A stretch of 64,000 nt of DNA, taken from assembly GCA_002492725.1 (NCBI GenBank), contig DLAF01000071.1, positions 2,305 to 66,304 of the forward strand, given 5' to 3'. The DNA is from Lachnospiraceae bacterium UBA7054. Lineage in GTDB: Bacteria > Bacillota > Clostridia > Lachnospirales > Lachnospiraceae. The notes under the pieces were generated by a model. That model made no database searches and was not told the DNA's origin. It worked only from the letters and a program-made list of their open reading frames with translations. The translations under genes and the position numbers were made by a program. Every line of letters begins with the position of its first letter. Position 1 is the stretch's first letter. Shown one piece after another: positions 19,716 through 29,694 of this stretch.

Positions 19716-21017
19716 ATGAACATGGAAATGGTGTATTTGAAAGACATATCCTATACGTTGAGCCATATCTTTTTCATGGCGTATATCTATCTGTTTCTGA
19801 CGCACCGCTTTTCCGGGAAGGCGACGTTGGCAATCTGTCTGGCGGCGTGTTTCGTAATGAATCTGTTGGATCTGTTTAAGCTGAATTTATTTCCGGACAG
19901 CGGTTTGTTTTACTTTTGTACCACGATCGTACAAATTGCCATTGCGCAGTTTACGGGGCTTTGTATTGCAAGAAAAAGAGACAGCAGGGTACTGTTCATT
20001 GGCCTGAGCGCGTCCAACTATGTGATTGTGGGCAGCATAACGGCATCGATCCTATATATTTGTACCGAGAATATCTGTCTGGCGCTGATCGGTAATATTT
20101 TAATGCATCTTGTCATTTTATGGGTGCTCTATATCAAGATCGGGAATATCTTTCATTTGTTTTGCGAACGGGATTTAGGCAAAAGCCGGTTGGAACTTTG
20201 CCTGATTCCGGTGTTTTTCTATTGCTGCTTTTCCTGTCTGGCCTTTTTCCCTTATACACTGTATGATCATCCCCAAAATATATTGGTTGCCATTTTTTTG
20301 ATGATCACGATGCTCGTTTCCTATGTCGTGGTGCTGCGTTATCTGCACAGTGAGACGAAGCAGGTGGAGACATACTGGAAGAATGTGATGTTTGAGTCCT
20401 ATATCAAAGGATTGGAGACTCAGAACTATCTCGTGGAGCGGGCAGAGCAGAACCTGAGAATACTGCGGCATGACATTCGGCATTATTCGGCCATGATCGA
20501 TTCACTGGCCGGTCAGGGAAACTATGAAGAGATCCGAAAGATAGCGGGGCATATCAGCGATGTGGTGGATGAAAATAAAGTCGAAAAATACTGTGAGAAT
20601 TTGATTGTAGGCACCATCCTTCTAAAAATGGCGGAACAGGCAAAACTCTTTCAAATCAGGCTGCATATGGATGTGCTGATACCAAAAGAGATTCCGGTAA
20701 ACGAGTATGAGTTTGCCATGGTAGTTGCGAATCTGCTGGAAAATGCGTTATACGCCGTAAAGAATCTGGAGTCGGAAAAAAGGGATATTTTTGCCAAAAT
20801 TCATTGTACGGCAGAATATCTGTTGATCGATTTAGAAAATAAGTGTGAGGGAAATGTGACCTTCGATTCTCTTACCGGACTTCCCAAAAGCGGCAAGGGC
20901 GCAGGGCATGGACTGGGGATGCAGAGCGTACAGGCTTTTTCTGACAAACTGGGCGGGAATATTGAGTGTTACTGTGAAGAGGAACAGTTTCGGATGATAC
21001 TGTTTGTAAGATTTTGA
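19716..21017 (+). CDS. Multi-TM GHKL sensor kinase (AgrC/VirS-like)
   Basis: RHDIRH, NLLENA, HGLGMQS. Confidence 0.9.
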   Translation: MNMEMVYLKDISYTLSHIFFMAYIYLFLTHRFSGKATLAICLAACFVMNLLDLFKLNLFPDSGLFYFCTTIVQIAIAQFTGLCIARKRDSRVLFIGLSASNYVIVGSITASILYICTENICLALIGNILMHLVILWVLYIKIGNIFHLFCERDLGKSRLELCLIPVFFYCCFSCLAFFPYTLYDHPQNILVAIFLMITMLVSYVVVLRYLHSETKQVETYWKNVMFESYIKGLETQNYLVERAEQNLRILRHDIRHYSAMIDSLAGQGNYEEIRKIAGHISDVVDENKVEKYCENLIVGTILLKMAEQAKLFQIRLHMDVLIPKEIPVNEYEFAMVVANLLENALYAVKNLESEKRDIFAKIHCTAEYLLIDLENKCEGNVTFDSLTGLPKSGKGAGHGLGMQSVQAFSDKLGGNIECYCEEEQFRMILFVRF

Positions 21018-21052
21018 TCGACTGAAAAATTAGGGAGATTTTAAAAATGGCA

Positions 21053-21139
21053 TTGACAAAGTTCCAAGGACGGTATATGATGACATATGGTTAGAGAATA
21101 CTAACTATTCTTTTTGACAGATGGTTAGAGAAGACTAAC
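21053..21139 (+). promoter_or_regulatory. feo promoter with two GTTAG-N6-CTAAC operator dyads
   Basis: TTGACA-17-TATGAT at 21053-21081; dyads at 21090-21105 and 21124-21139; a third copy at 21674-21689. Confidence 0.7.
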
Positions 21140-21177
21140 GAGCACGCTGCAAAAAAGGTTTGGAAATGGAGGGACGC

Positions 21178-21390
21178 ATGATGCCGCTTACGTTAGCAGA
21201 GACGGGAGAAGAAAATATCATCAGGAAGATCGGGGGAAAGCAGGATGTCAGGGCGCATCTGGAGAATCTCGGTTTTGTTGTGGGAGGGGCGGTCACGGTC
21301 GTCAGCGCCATCGGGGGCAATGTCATCGTGAACGTAAAGGATTCCCGCATCGCAGTCAGCAAAGAGATGGCGCAGAAGATCATGGTCTGA
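21178..21390 (+). CDS. feoA: Ferrous iron transport protein A
   Basis: HLENLGFVVG..V.V, upstream of feoB. Confidence 0.9.
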   Translation: MMPLTLAETGEENIIRKIGGKQDVRAHLENLGFVVGGAVTVVSAIGGNVIVNVKDSRIAVSKEMAQKIMV

Positions 21391-21423
21391 CTTTAATCTT
21401 ATGAAATGAGGAGGATAAAACGA

Positions 21424-21651
21424 ATGAAAACATTGAAAGAAGCAAAGGTCGGTGATACCGTCCGGGTGGTGAAGCTCCACGGTGAGGGTGCGGTCAAACG
21501 AAGGATCATGGACATGGGACTGACAAAGGGCGTGGATGTACAGATACGCAAAGTGGCGCCTTTAGGCGATCCGATCGAGGTGACCGTCCGCGGTTATGAG
21601 CTTTCCATCAGAAAGGCGGATGCGGAAATGATCGAGGTCGACAACGCGTAA
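21424..21651 (+). CDS. feoA: Ferrous iron transport protein A (second copy)
   Basis: RRIMDMGLTKG, APLGDPIE. Confidence 0.93.
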   Translation: MKTLKEAKVGDTVRVVKLHGEGAVKRRIMDMGLTKGVDVQIRKVAPLGDPIEVTVRGYELSIRKADAEMIEVDNA

Positions 21652-21716
21652 AGAGTGATTTTTTTGGTCAACAGTTAGGAATAACTAACACGAGAAATAG
21701 AAGAAGGAGAGGAAAA

Positions 21717-24122
21717 ATGATGAGTATGAGAATTGCCCTTGCGGGCAACCCGAACTGCGGGAAAACGACGCTGTTCAATGCGTTGACCGGTTCCAACCAG
21801 TTTGTCGGGAACTGGCCGGGTGTCACGGTGGAAAAGAAGGAAGGAAGATTAAAGAAGCATGACGGTGTGACCATCACCGACCTTCCGGGGATCTATTCCC
21901 TTTCTCCTTATACGCTGGAGGAAGTGGTGGCAAGAAACTATCTGATCAGTGAGCGTCCCGATGCGATCCTGAACATCATCGACGGTACGAACCTGGAGAG
22001 GAACCTGTACCTGACCACGCAGCTCACCGAGCTTGGCATTCCGGTGGTTGTTGCCGTCAACATGATGGATGTGGTGGAGAAGAACGGTGACAGGATCAAC
22101 ACGGCAGAGCTTTCTAGAGCGCTTGGCTGCAAAGTGGTGGAGATCTCCGCCCTGAAGGGAAACGGCATCATGGAGGCTGCGGAGGCTGCGATCGATGCGG
22201 CGAAGAACGGTAAGACTGTTCCCTTGCACACTTTTTCGGGCACGGTGGAGCATGCCCTTGCCCATATCGAGGAGGCGGCGGTGCACGGACTGCCGGAGGA
22301 ACAGCAGCGGTGGTATGCCGTCAAGCTGTTTGAGCGGGACGACAAGGTTTTGGAGCAGCTGAGTCTGGATCCGGCGGTGCAAAAACATATCGAGGCGGAT
22401 ATCAGGGCAGTCGAGGAGGAGATGGACGACGATGCGGAATCCATCATCACCAACGAGCGCTATGTTTATATCGGAAGCATCATCAAAGGGTGCTTAAAGA
22501 AAAAGTCCGCAGGAAAGCTGACTACCTCTGATAAGATCGACAGGATCGTCACGAATCGTTTCCTGGGGCTTCCGATCTTTGCAGCGGTCATGTTCCTTGT
22601 GTACTATATATCCATGGTGACGGTAGGAAGCGCGGCGACGGACTGGGCAAATGACGGACTGTTCGGTGACGGATGGCATCTGTTCGGCATCGGTTCGGGG
22701 GACTATGAAGAGGCAGCCGGAGAGTATGGCGACGCGGCGCTGATCGTGGACGGCTATGACGCTTACGTGGAAGAAAACGGCGCGGCTCCCACGGGTGACT
22801 TCCCCTATGAGGTAGCGGATGACGAGACGCTGGAAGTGACGGTGGAGACGGCGACCCTGGCGGATTATGAGAATGCGCTGGCAGTGATGGAACAGTACGG
22901 CGACGAACCTGACCCGGCAGCTTACGGGGTATGGGTACCCGGCATCCCGGTACTGGTCGGGAACGGACTGGAGGCTGCGGGTACCGCAGACTGGCTTGCG
23001 GGACTGATTAATGACGGCATCGTGGCCGGCGTCGGTGCGGTCCTGGGATTCGTGCCGCAGATGCTCGTTCTGTTCCTGCTCCTTGCATTCCTTGAGGCGT
23101 GCGGCTATATGGCGCGTATCGCTTTTGTGCTGGACCGTATCTTCCGTAAGTTCGGATTGTCCGGTAAGTCCTTTATCCCGATGCTGATCGGTACCGGCTG
23201 CGGCATTCCCGGCATCATGGCTTCGAGGACGATCGAGAATGAGCGCGACCGCCGTATGACGATCATGACGACTACCTTTATTCCCTGCGGCGCGAAGGTC
23301 CCGTTTATCGCCATGGTTGCGGGAGCGATCTTCGGCGGTTCCGCATGGGTGGCAACGAGCGCGTACTTCGTGGGTATGGCAGCGATCATCATTTCCAGTA
23401 TCATGTTGAAGAAGACAAAGATGTTCTCAGGTGATCCGGCGCCTTTCGTCATGGAGCTTCCCGCTTATCATATGCCGACGGCGGGCAATGTGCTGCGCTC
23501 CATGTGGGAACGCGGATGGTCTTTCATCAGGAAGGCAGGCACCATTATCCTGCTCTCCACGATCGTGATCTGGTTCACGACTTACTTTGGCTTTACTTCC
23601 GATGGATTCCGGATGCTTGCGGAGGAGGAGATGGATCAGTCGCTGCTTGCGACGATCGGCGGCGCGATCGCGTGGATCTTCATACCGCTCGGCTGGGGGA
23701 ACTGGCAGGCGGCGGTGGCGTCCATCACGGGCCTTGTGGCAAAGGAAAACATCGTCGGCACGATGGGTATCCTCTATCCCGGCGGCTGGCCAGAGATTGC
23801 GGCGAATTTCAGTATGGTAGCGGGATATTCCTTCCTTGTGTTCAACCTCTTATGCGCGCCCTGCTTTGCGGCGATCGGTGCCATCAAACGGGAGATGAAC
23901 AATGCGAAATGGACTTGGTTTGCGATCGGGTATCAGTGCGGGTTAGCTTACGCGGTGGCGCTGATGGTAAACCAGATCGGTTCGGCGTTCAACGGGAACT
24001 TAAATATCATCGGTCTGCTTGCTGCCATCGTCATCCTCGGCGGTATGATCTATATGCTGTTCAGACCCTATAAAGAGGCGACAAAGCTGACCACAAACAT
24101 GAAACTAAAAACGGCAAAGTAA
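21717..24122 (+). CDS. feoB: Ferrous iron transport protein B
   Basis: GNPNCGKT, VGNWPGVTVE, DLPGIYSL, PFVMELP, LVAKEN. Confidence 0.97.
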   Translation: MMSMRIALAGNPNCGKTTLFNALTGSNQFVGNWPGVTVEKKEGRLKKHDGVTITDLPGIYSLSPYTLEEVVARNYLISERPDAILNIIDGTNLERNLYLTTQLTELGIPVVVAVNMMDVVEKNGDRINTAELSRALGCKVVEISALKGNGIMEAAEAAIDAAKNGKTVPLHTFSGTVEHALAHIEEAAVHGLPEEQQRWYAVKLFERDDKVLEQLSLDPAVQKHIEADIRAVEEEMDDDAESIITNERYVYIGSIIKGCLKKKSAGKLTTSDKIDRIVTNRFLGLPIFAAVMFLVYYISMVTVGSAATDWANDGLFGDGWHLFGIGSGDYEEAAGEYGDAALIVDGYDAYVEENGAAPTGDFPYEVADDETLEVTVETATLADYENALAVMEQYGDEPDPAAYGVWVPGIPVLVGNGLEAAGTADWLAGLINDGIVAGVGAVLGFVPQMLVLFLLLAFLEACGYMARIAFVLDRIFRKFGLSGKSFIPMLIGTGCGIPGIMASRTIENERDRRMTIMTTTFIPCGAKVPFIAMVAGAIFGGSAWVATSAYFVGMAAIIISSIMLKKTKMFSGDPAPFVMELPAYHMPTAGNVLRSMWERGWSFIRKAGTIILLSTIVIWFTTYFGFTSDGFRMLAEEEMDQSLLATIGGAIAWIFIPLGWGNWQAAVASITGLVAKENIVGTMGILYPGGWPEIAANFSMVAGYSFLVFNLLCAPCFAAIGAIKREMNNAKWTWFAIGYQCGLAYAVALMVNQIGSAFNGNLNIIGLLAAIVILGGMIYMLFRPYKEATKLTTNMKLKTAK

Positions 24123-24192
24123 CAGCACAAAAGGGAGGATGCCAAAGAGCAGGCATTCTCCTCAGAAATGGCAAATATAGGAGGGTCTGCGG

Positions 24193-24366
24193 ATGCTTAC
24201 ATGGATTATGGAAAATATGGCGACGATCATCATCAGCGCGGCGCTGATTCTTGCGGTGGCGGCGATCATTGCAGGCATGATACGCGGCAAGAGGAAAGGA
24301 AAGTCATCCTGTGGCTGCGGGTGTGCGGGCTGTGCCATGAATGGGGCTTGTCATACCAGGAACTGA
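24193..24366 (+). CDS. FeoB-associated Cys-rich membrane protein (57 aa, not in ORF track)
   Basis: Manual translation: MLTWIMENMATIIISAALILAVAAIIAGMIRGKRKGKSSCGCGCAGCAMNGACHTRN; AGGAGG RBS. Confidence 0.88.
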   Translation: MLTWIMENMATIIISAALILAVAAIIAGMIRGKRKGKSSCGCGCAGCAMNGACHTRN

Positions 24367-24565
24367 AAATGGATCTTGCGGCACATGGATTGGTTTTGGC
24401 AGACTGTCGGTGGTGATAAATATTAGGTACTTTGACATTTTGGACGCGGCATTCTAAAATGATAAGGTATCTAATTTTTTTGGATGATTTTATTTGTATT
24501 ACAACGGGTAAAGCTTTCGACAGAACCGCGGACGGACGCGGATTTTACGGAAATGGGGAAGCTGT

Positions 24566-26281
24566 ATGAAACTGATTTTGTACTATATCAGAAAGCATCT
24601 GGGCATTTTTCTGCTATCTACTCTTTTTTTGACTATGGAAGCGATGGCGGATCTTTTCCAGCCCGCGTTCATGTCTATGATCGTGGACAGGGGAATCCAA
24701 AATGCCAATGTAAGGCAAATCCTTTTTTATGGTGCATGTATGTTGGGGATTGCCATGGCAGGAGCAGTCTGTGCCGTGATGCGCAATCGCTTTGCCAGCC
24801 GCGTTTCCCAGACGATCGGAAAGGAGCTGCGCCGTGACATGTACCATAACGTACAACTTCTTTCCATGGAAAATATAGACAGACTGCGTCCTGCTTCCAT
24901 TATTACCCGCATCACAAATGACGTAGTGCAGGTGCAGGAATTTATCAACGGAATCATGCGGATCATGGTGAAAGCGCCTATCACGTGTATCGGCGCCATT
25001 ATTCTGATACTGATTCAGACGCCCCGGCAAGCGCCGGTGATGGCGGGAATCCTTGCGGCAGCTTCTGTTCTCATTTTTGGAAATATGCGCATCGGATATC
25101 CCAGGTTTGGAACCGTGCAAAGGAGACTTGACCGTTTGAACGGCGTAACACGGGAATTTCTTTCTTCTGTCCGCGTAGTTAAGGCATTTCATGCGGAAGA
25201 AAAAGAGGGGGAAAAGTTTGAGGATGTTTCTTTGGAATTTGCCCGTGCAAATATTGCTGCGCTGCGGACAATGGCGGTATTTTCACCGCTGATCAGTTTG
25301 ACCGTCAATTTCGGTGTTGTGCTCTTTTTGTGGATATCCGCAAACAGCCAAAGCACTGAGATTGGCAGACTGATGGCTTCTGTCAATTATATGACACAGG
25401 TATTGTTTGCCGTGGGAATGATTTCCAATACCTTAAATGTTGCAGTCAGGGCGACGGCATCCTCCGCGAGAATAGAGGAGGTGCTTGAGGAAAAACCGGC
25501 GCAGCATATTTCTGCAAATCCGTTGAGGCCTGAAATTATGGGAGATATCCGTATGGAGCATGTATCATTCGCATATGCAGGCTCAGGGGAAAAGGCACTT
25601 CATGATATCAATCTCCATATACAGCCAGGGGAAACCATTGGGATTATCGGTTCTACCGGTTCCGGAAAAACTACCTTTGTAAATCTGATTCCCCGGTTTT
25701 ATGATGCCGTGGAAGGAAATGTATGGATTGACGGGTGTGATGTGACTGAAATTGACATTCGGTGGCTGCGAACGGCGATTGCGGTGGTGCCGCAGAAGGC
25801 CCTGCTCTTTTCAGGGACGATCCGCGAGAACCTGCGCTGGGGAAATGAGGCAGCTGGGGAGGAGGAACTGCGCCGTGCGGCGGAAGCTGCTTGTGCGGCT
25901 GATTTTATCGAACAGAGTCCGCAGCGGTACGATACCCTGCTGGGGCAGGGAGGCATAAACCTTTCCGGAGGGCAGAAACAGCGACTCTCTCTTGCCCGCG
26001 CTTTGGTGCGGAATCCCAAAATTTTGATTCTGGATGATTGCACCAGCGCCTTGGATGCGCAGACGGAATCGGATGTATTGAAAGGACTGCGGAACATGGC
26101 GGGCGGGACCACGGTGCTGCTGGTCAGTCAGCGAATTTCCACGGTGATGCGTACAGATCGTATTTTGTGCATGGACAATGGTTTTGTGCAGGGATACGGA
26201 ACCCATGAGGAGCTGATGGCTTCCTGTAAAACATATCAGGAGATTTATCATTCGCAGATTGGAGGCGGGAATTATGGCTGA
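24566..26281 (+). CDS. ABC exporter, fused TMD-NBD subunit 1
   Basis: GSTGSGKT, LSGGQKQR, degenerate Walker B LILDD. Confidence 0.93.
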   Translation: MKLILYYIRKHLGIFLLSTLFLTMEAMADLFQPAFMSMIVDRGIQNANVRQILFYGACMLGIAMAGAVCAVMRNRFASRVSQTIGKELRRDMYHNVQLLSMENIDRLRPASIITRITNDVVQVQEFINGIMRIMVKAPITCIGAIILILIQTPRQAPVMAGILAAASVLIFGNMRIGYPRFGTVQRRLDRLNGVTREFLSSVRVVKAFHAEEKEGEKFEDVSLEFARANIAALRTMAVFSPLISLTVNFGVVLFLWISANSQSTEIGRLMASVNYMTQVLFAVGMISNTLNVAVRATASSARIEEVLEEKPAQHISANPLRPEIMGDIRMEHVSFAYAGSGEKALHDINLHIQPGETIGIIGSTGSGKTTFVNLIPRFYDAVEGNVWIDGCDVTEIDIRWLRTAIAVVPQKALLFSGTIRENLRWGNEAAGEEELRRAAEAACAADFIEQSPQRYDTLLGQGGINLSGGQKQRLSLARALVRNPKILILDDCTSALDAQTESDVLKGLRNMAGGTTVLLVSQRISTVMRTDRILCMDNGFVQGYGTHEELMASCKTYQEIYHSQIGGGNYG

Positions 26282-28088
26282 AAGAAACCAGGCGGTGCCG
26301 CCGGCAAACTTAAACGGAATATCCCGTCCCGGACGCGGCGGTGTAGTGGTAAAGCCGAAGAATATGAAGGGGACTTTGGACAGGCTCTGGAGGCTGACAA
26401 AGGGACAACGCAACGGGCTTGGCTGGATTCTTTTGCTGTCCGCATTTGCCTCCGGTGCATCTATTCTGTCTCCTTATGTGACGGGAAAGGCTGTTGCCGT
26501 TATTGGCAGCGGTGACGCGGTGACGTGGGTGCTCTGTTGTCTGACGGGACTGTATCTTTGCGACTGGCTGGTAAGGTTTTTGCAGGCATTTTTTATGGCG
26601 TCGATTGGGCAGCGCGTAATCCATCATATACGGCGGACGCTGTTTGCTCATGTCAGGACGCTTCCCCTTGCTTTTTTTGACCGGCGTCAGCATGGTGAGC
26701 TGATGAGCCGTCTGACAAATGATGTGGACAATATCAGTACCACTATCTCCAATTCCCTGTCGCTTCTGTTGACTTACAGCTTTACGGTGATTGGAATTTT
26801 TGTGATGATGCTTTACTTAAGCCCGTTGCTGACAATCGTGTCATTGGCTGGCGTCGGGCTGATTTTCCTGCTCACAAAAACCGTGACAAAGCGTACCAGA
26901 AAACTGTTTGCCGCACAACAGAAAAATCTGGGTGCATTAAATGGGCAGGTGGAAGAGAGCGTTTCGGGGATGGCAGTGGTTAAAGCCTTCTGCCGGGAGG
27001 AGGAGATGGAACGGGAATTTGGGGAGAAAAATGATGGATTGTGTGACGCTTCTATCAAGGCGCTCATTTGCTCCGGATATTTGATGCCCCTTATGAATGT
27101 AATCAATAATCTGCTGTATGTGGCAATTTCTGTATTATGCGGTGTTTTGTTTGTGGAGGGAAAGATTTCCGATATCGGTCTTGTCACCAGTTTTCTGCTC
27201 TACGTCCGCCAGTTCACGCGCCCTTTTGTGGAGATTGCCAATATTTATAATAATTTTCAGACAGCTGTCGCCGGGGCGGAGCGTGTGTTTGAGATTTTGG
27301 ATGAGCAGCCGGAACCTCCTGACAGAGAAGGAGCAGTATCCTTAAAATATCCCAGAGGTGACATTGAGCTGCGTCATGTGGAATTTGGTTATGTACCGGA
27401 AAAGCCCGTACTGAAGGATGTTTCGGTGAAGATTCCGGCAGGCACTCAGGCGGCGATTGTGGGTGCTACCGGCTCCGGAAAGACCACAATGATCAATTTG
27501 CTGACCAGGTTTTATGATGTTTCTGCCGGAAGCATCCTTCTGGACGGTCGGGATCTGCGGGATTACCGCATGGAGGATCTGCGGCAGGCATTCGGGGTGG
27601 TTTTACAGGATACGGCGCTGTTTGCCGCATCGGTCAGGGACAATATCTGTTACGGGCATCCGGAGGCTTCCATGGAACAGGTGCGGGAGGCGGCGGAGAT
27701 GGTAGGAGCGGACAGCTTTATAGAGCGTCTGCCGCAAGGGTACGATACCGTTCTCGTACAAGGGGGAATGGAGCTGTCCCAGGGAGAACGGCAGCTGCTG
27801 ACGATCGCCAGGGCGGTTTTTGCCAATGCACCGATCCTGATTTTGGATGAGGCGACAAGCTCCGTGGATACGGTCACGGAACAAAAAATCCGACGTGCTC
27901 TATTGAAAATCTGTGAGAACCGGACTTCGGTCATTATTGCGCATCGCCTTTCAACGATCCGGGATTCGGATATCATTATTCTTTTGGATAGCGGGAAAAT
28001 AGCCGAGCAGGGAACCCATGAGGAGCTGATGGCCCTTAATGGAATTTATGCCCGGATGTACAGAACGCAGACGGCAATGGGAAGCTGA
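26274..28088 (+). CDS. ABC exporter, fused TMD-NBD subunit 2
   Basis: GATGSGKT, LSQGERQ, LILDEATS; heterodimer partner of the preceding gene. Confidence 0.93.
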   Translation: MAERNQAVPPANLNGISRPGRGGVVVKPKNMKGTLDRLWRLTKGQRNGLGWILLLSAFASGASILSPYVTGKAVAVIGSGDAVTWVLCCLTGLYLCDWLVRFLQAFFMASIGQRVIHHIRRTLFAHVRTLPLAFFDRRQHGELMSRLTNDVDNISTTISNSLSLLLTYSFTVIGIFVMMLYLSPLLTIVSLAGVGLIFLLTKTVTKRTRKLFAAQQKNLGALNGQVEESVSGMAVVKAFCREEEMEREFGEKNDGLCDASIKALICSGYLMPLMNVINNLLYVAISVLCGVLFVEGKISDIGLVTSFLLYVRQFTRPFVEIANIYNNFQTAVAGAERVFEILDEQPEPPDREGAVSLKYPRGDIELRHVEFGYVPEKPVLKDVSVKIPAGTQAAIVGATGSGKTTMINLLTRFYDVSAGSILLDGRDLRDYRMEDLRQAFGVVLQDTALFAASVRDNICYGHPEASMEQVREAAEMVGADSFIERLPQGYDTVLVQGGMELSQGERQLLTIARAVFANAPILILDEATSSVDTVTEQKIRRALLKICENRTSVIIAHRLSTIRDSDIIILLDSGKIAEQGTHEELMALNGIYARMYRTQTAMGS

Positions 28089-28221
28089 ATTATGATATGT
28101 ATAAGGTGCGCCGGCTTTTTTGTCAATCATAAATATACGGTTGCTGAATAGGAGAAACTGCATATAGTAAGTACAGAAGTCGGCGCATACCAACCATATT
28201 CGGAATCGAGGAGAGAAGGCT

Positions 28222-29004
28222 ATGAATATACAGGCTTTACAGGGGATTATGATACCGCTTGTCGGAACAACGCTTGGTTCCGCATGTGTTCTGTTTATGA
28301 AGAACCGGCTGAATCAAAGGATGCAGAGTGCATTGACAGGCTTTGCGGCAGGCGTCATGGTTGCGGCTTCTATCTGGAGTCTGATCATCCCCGCAATGGA
28401 GCATTCGCAGTCCATGGGCCGGTGGGCGTTTGTGCCGGCTGTGGTCGGTTTCTGGTTTGGCATTCTGTTTTTGCTGTTTTTGGATCGTTTGGTCCCGCAT
28501 CTTCACGCAAACAGCCAAAAGGCAGAAGGACCCAAAAGCAGCCTGCAAAAGACAACCATGCTGGTACTGGCAGTGACGCTCCACAATCTGCCCGAAGGCA
28601 TGGCGGTAGGCGTGGTCTATGCCGGGTGGCTTTCCGGTGATGCCGGGATCACGGCCATGGGAGCGTTTGCACTTTCCCTTGGGATCGCGATCCAGAATTT
28701 TCCCGAGGGCGCGATCATCTCCATGCCTTTGCGGAAAGAGGGCACAGGCAAGGGAAAAGCCTTTCTTTATGGAGCACTCTCTGGCGCGGTAGAGCCGCTT
28801 GGCGCGGTCTTAACGATACTTGCGGCGCGGCTTGTGGTTCCAATCCTGCCATACATGCTAAGTTTTGCGGCCGGAGCCATGATCTATGTGGTAGTAGAGG
28901 AATTGGTTCCTGAAATGTCAGAAGGGGAATACGCTGATGTGGGAACGATTTTATTTGCGGCGGGATTTACGGTCATGATGGCGCTGGATGTGGCACTAGG
29001 ATAA
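28222..29004 (+). CDS. ZIP-family metal transporter (ZupT/GufA-like)
   Basis: LHNLPEGMAVG, IQNFPEG. Confidence 0.92.
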   Translation: MNIQALQGIMIPLVGTTLGSACVLFMKNRLNQRMQSALTGFAAGVMVAASIWSLIIPAMEHSQSMGRWAFVPAVVGFWFGILFLLFLDRLVPHLHANSQKAEGPKSSLQKTTMLVLAVTLHNLPEGMAVGVVYAGWLSGDAGITAMGAFALSLGIAIQNFPEGAIISMPLRKEGTGKGKAFLYGALSGAVEPLGAVLTILAARLVVPILPYMLSFAAGAMIYVVVEELVPEMSEGEYADVGTILFAAGFTVMMALDVALG

Positions 29005-29069
29005 GGTGAAAGATTCATATTTAGCGCTTATTTGCATAAATTGGTATAAAACAAGTCTGCGGGCGCACT

Positions 29070-29600
29070 ATGGCATCAGTTTTATCCAATATTTCCAACA
29101 TCATCATCCCGGTCATCATTTTTTATATCGTGGCCTATGGCATCTCAAACCGCTGTAACGTGTACGAGGATTTTATCAAGGGCGCAAAGGACGGGTTTCA
29201 TACGGTCATTCAGATCATGCCGACGCTGATCGGTCTGATGGTGGCGGTAGGTGTTTTGCGCGCTTCGGGATTTCTGGAATTTTTCGGCGGACTCTTTTCG
29301 GGCGTGGCAGGGAGGCTGGGATTTTCTACGGAGCTTGTTCCGCTCATGCTGGTAAAGATGTTTTCCTCCTCGGCAGCCACGGGGCTGGTACTTGACATTT
29401 TTAAAAATCACGGCCCCGATTCTCTGATCGGCTTGACCACCTCCATCATGATGAGCTGCACGGAGACGATCTTTTATACGATGAGCGTTTATTTCCTGGC
29501 AGCAAAAGTCACAAAGACGCGCTACACGTTAAAAGGCGCGCTGCTTGCTACCGTAGCGGGAATTGCAGCCAGTATTTTGCTGGCGGGGAGGATGCTTTAG
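29070..29600 (+). CDS. spmB: Spore maturation protein B
   Basis: VYEDFIKGAKDG, SCTETIFYTMSVYF, TRYT; SigE-like TCATATT...CATAAATT upstream. Confidence 0.8.
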   Translation: MASVLSNISNIIIPVIIFYIVAYGISNRCNVYEDFIKGAKDGFHTVIQIMPTLIGLMVAVGVLRASGFLEFFGGLFSGVAGRLGFSTELVPLMLVKMFSSSAATGLVLDIFKNHGPDSLIGLTTSIMMSCTETIFYTMSVYFLAAKVTKTRYTLKGALLATVAGIAASILLAGRML

Positions 29601-29612
29601 TGTTTTTATGAC

Positions 29613-29647
29613 ATAAAACAGCCGCGCGTAACTGCACGGCTGTTTTC
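29613..29647. terminator. Bidirectional terminator
   Basis: AAAACAGCCG...CGGCTGTTTT between convergent genes. Confidence 0.7.
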
Positions 29648-29694
29648 AGTTTACAGTTTTGAAGTTTGATTACTTCTGAAACAATATCCGGCAA

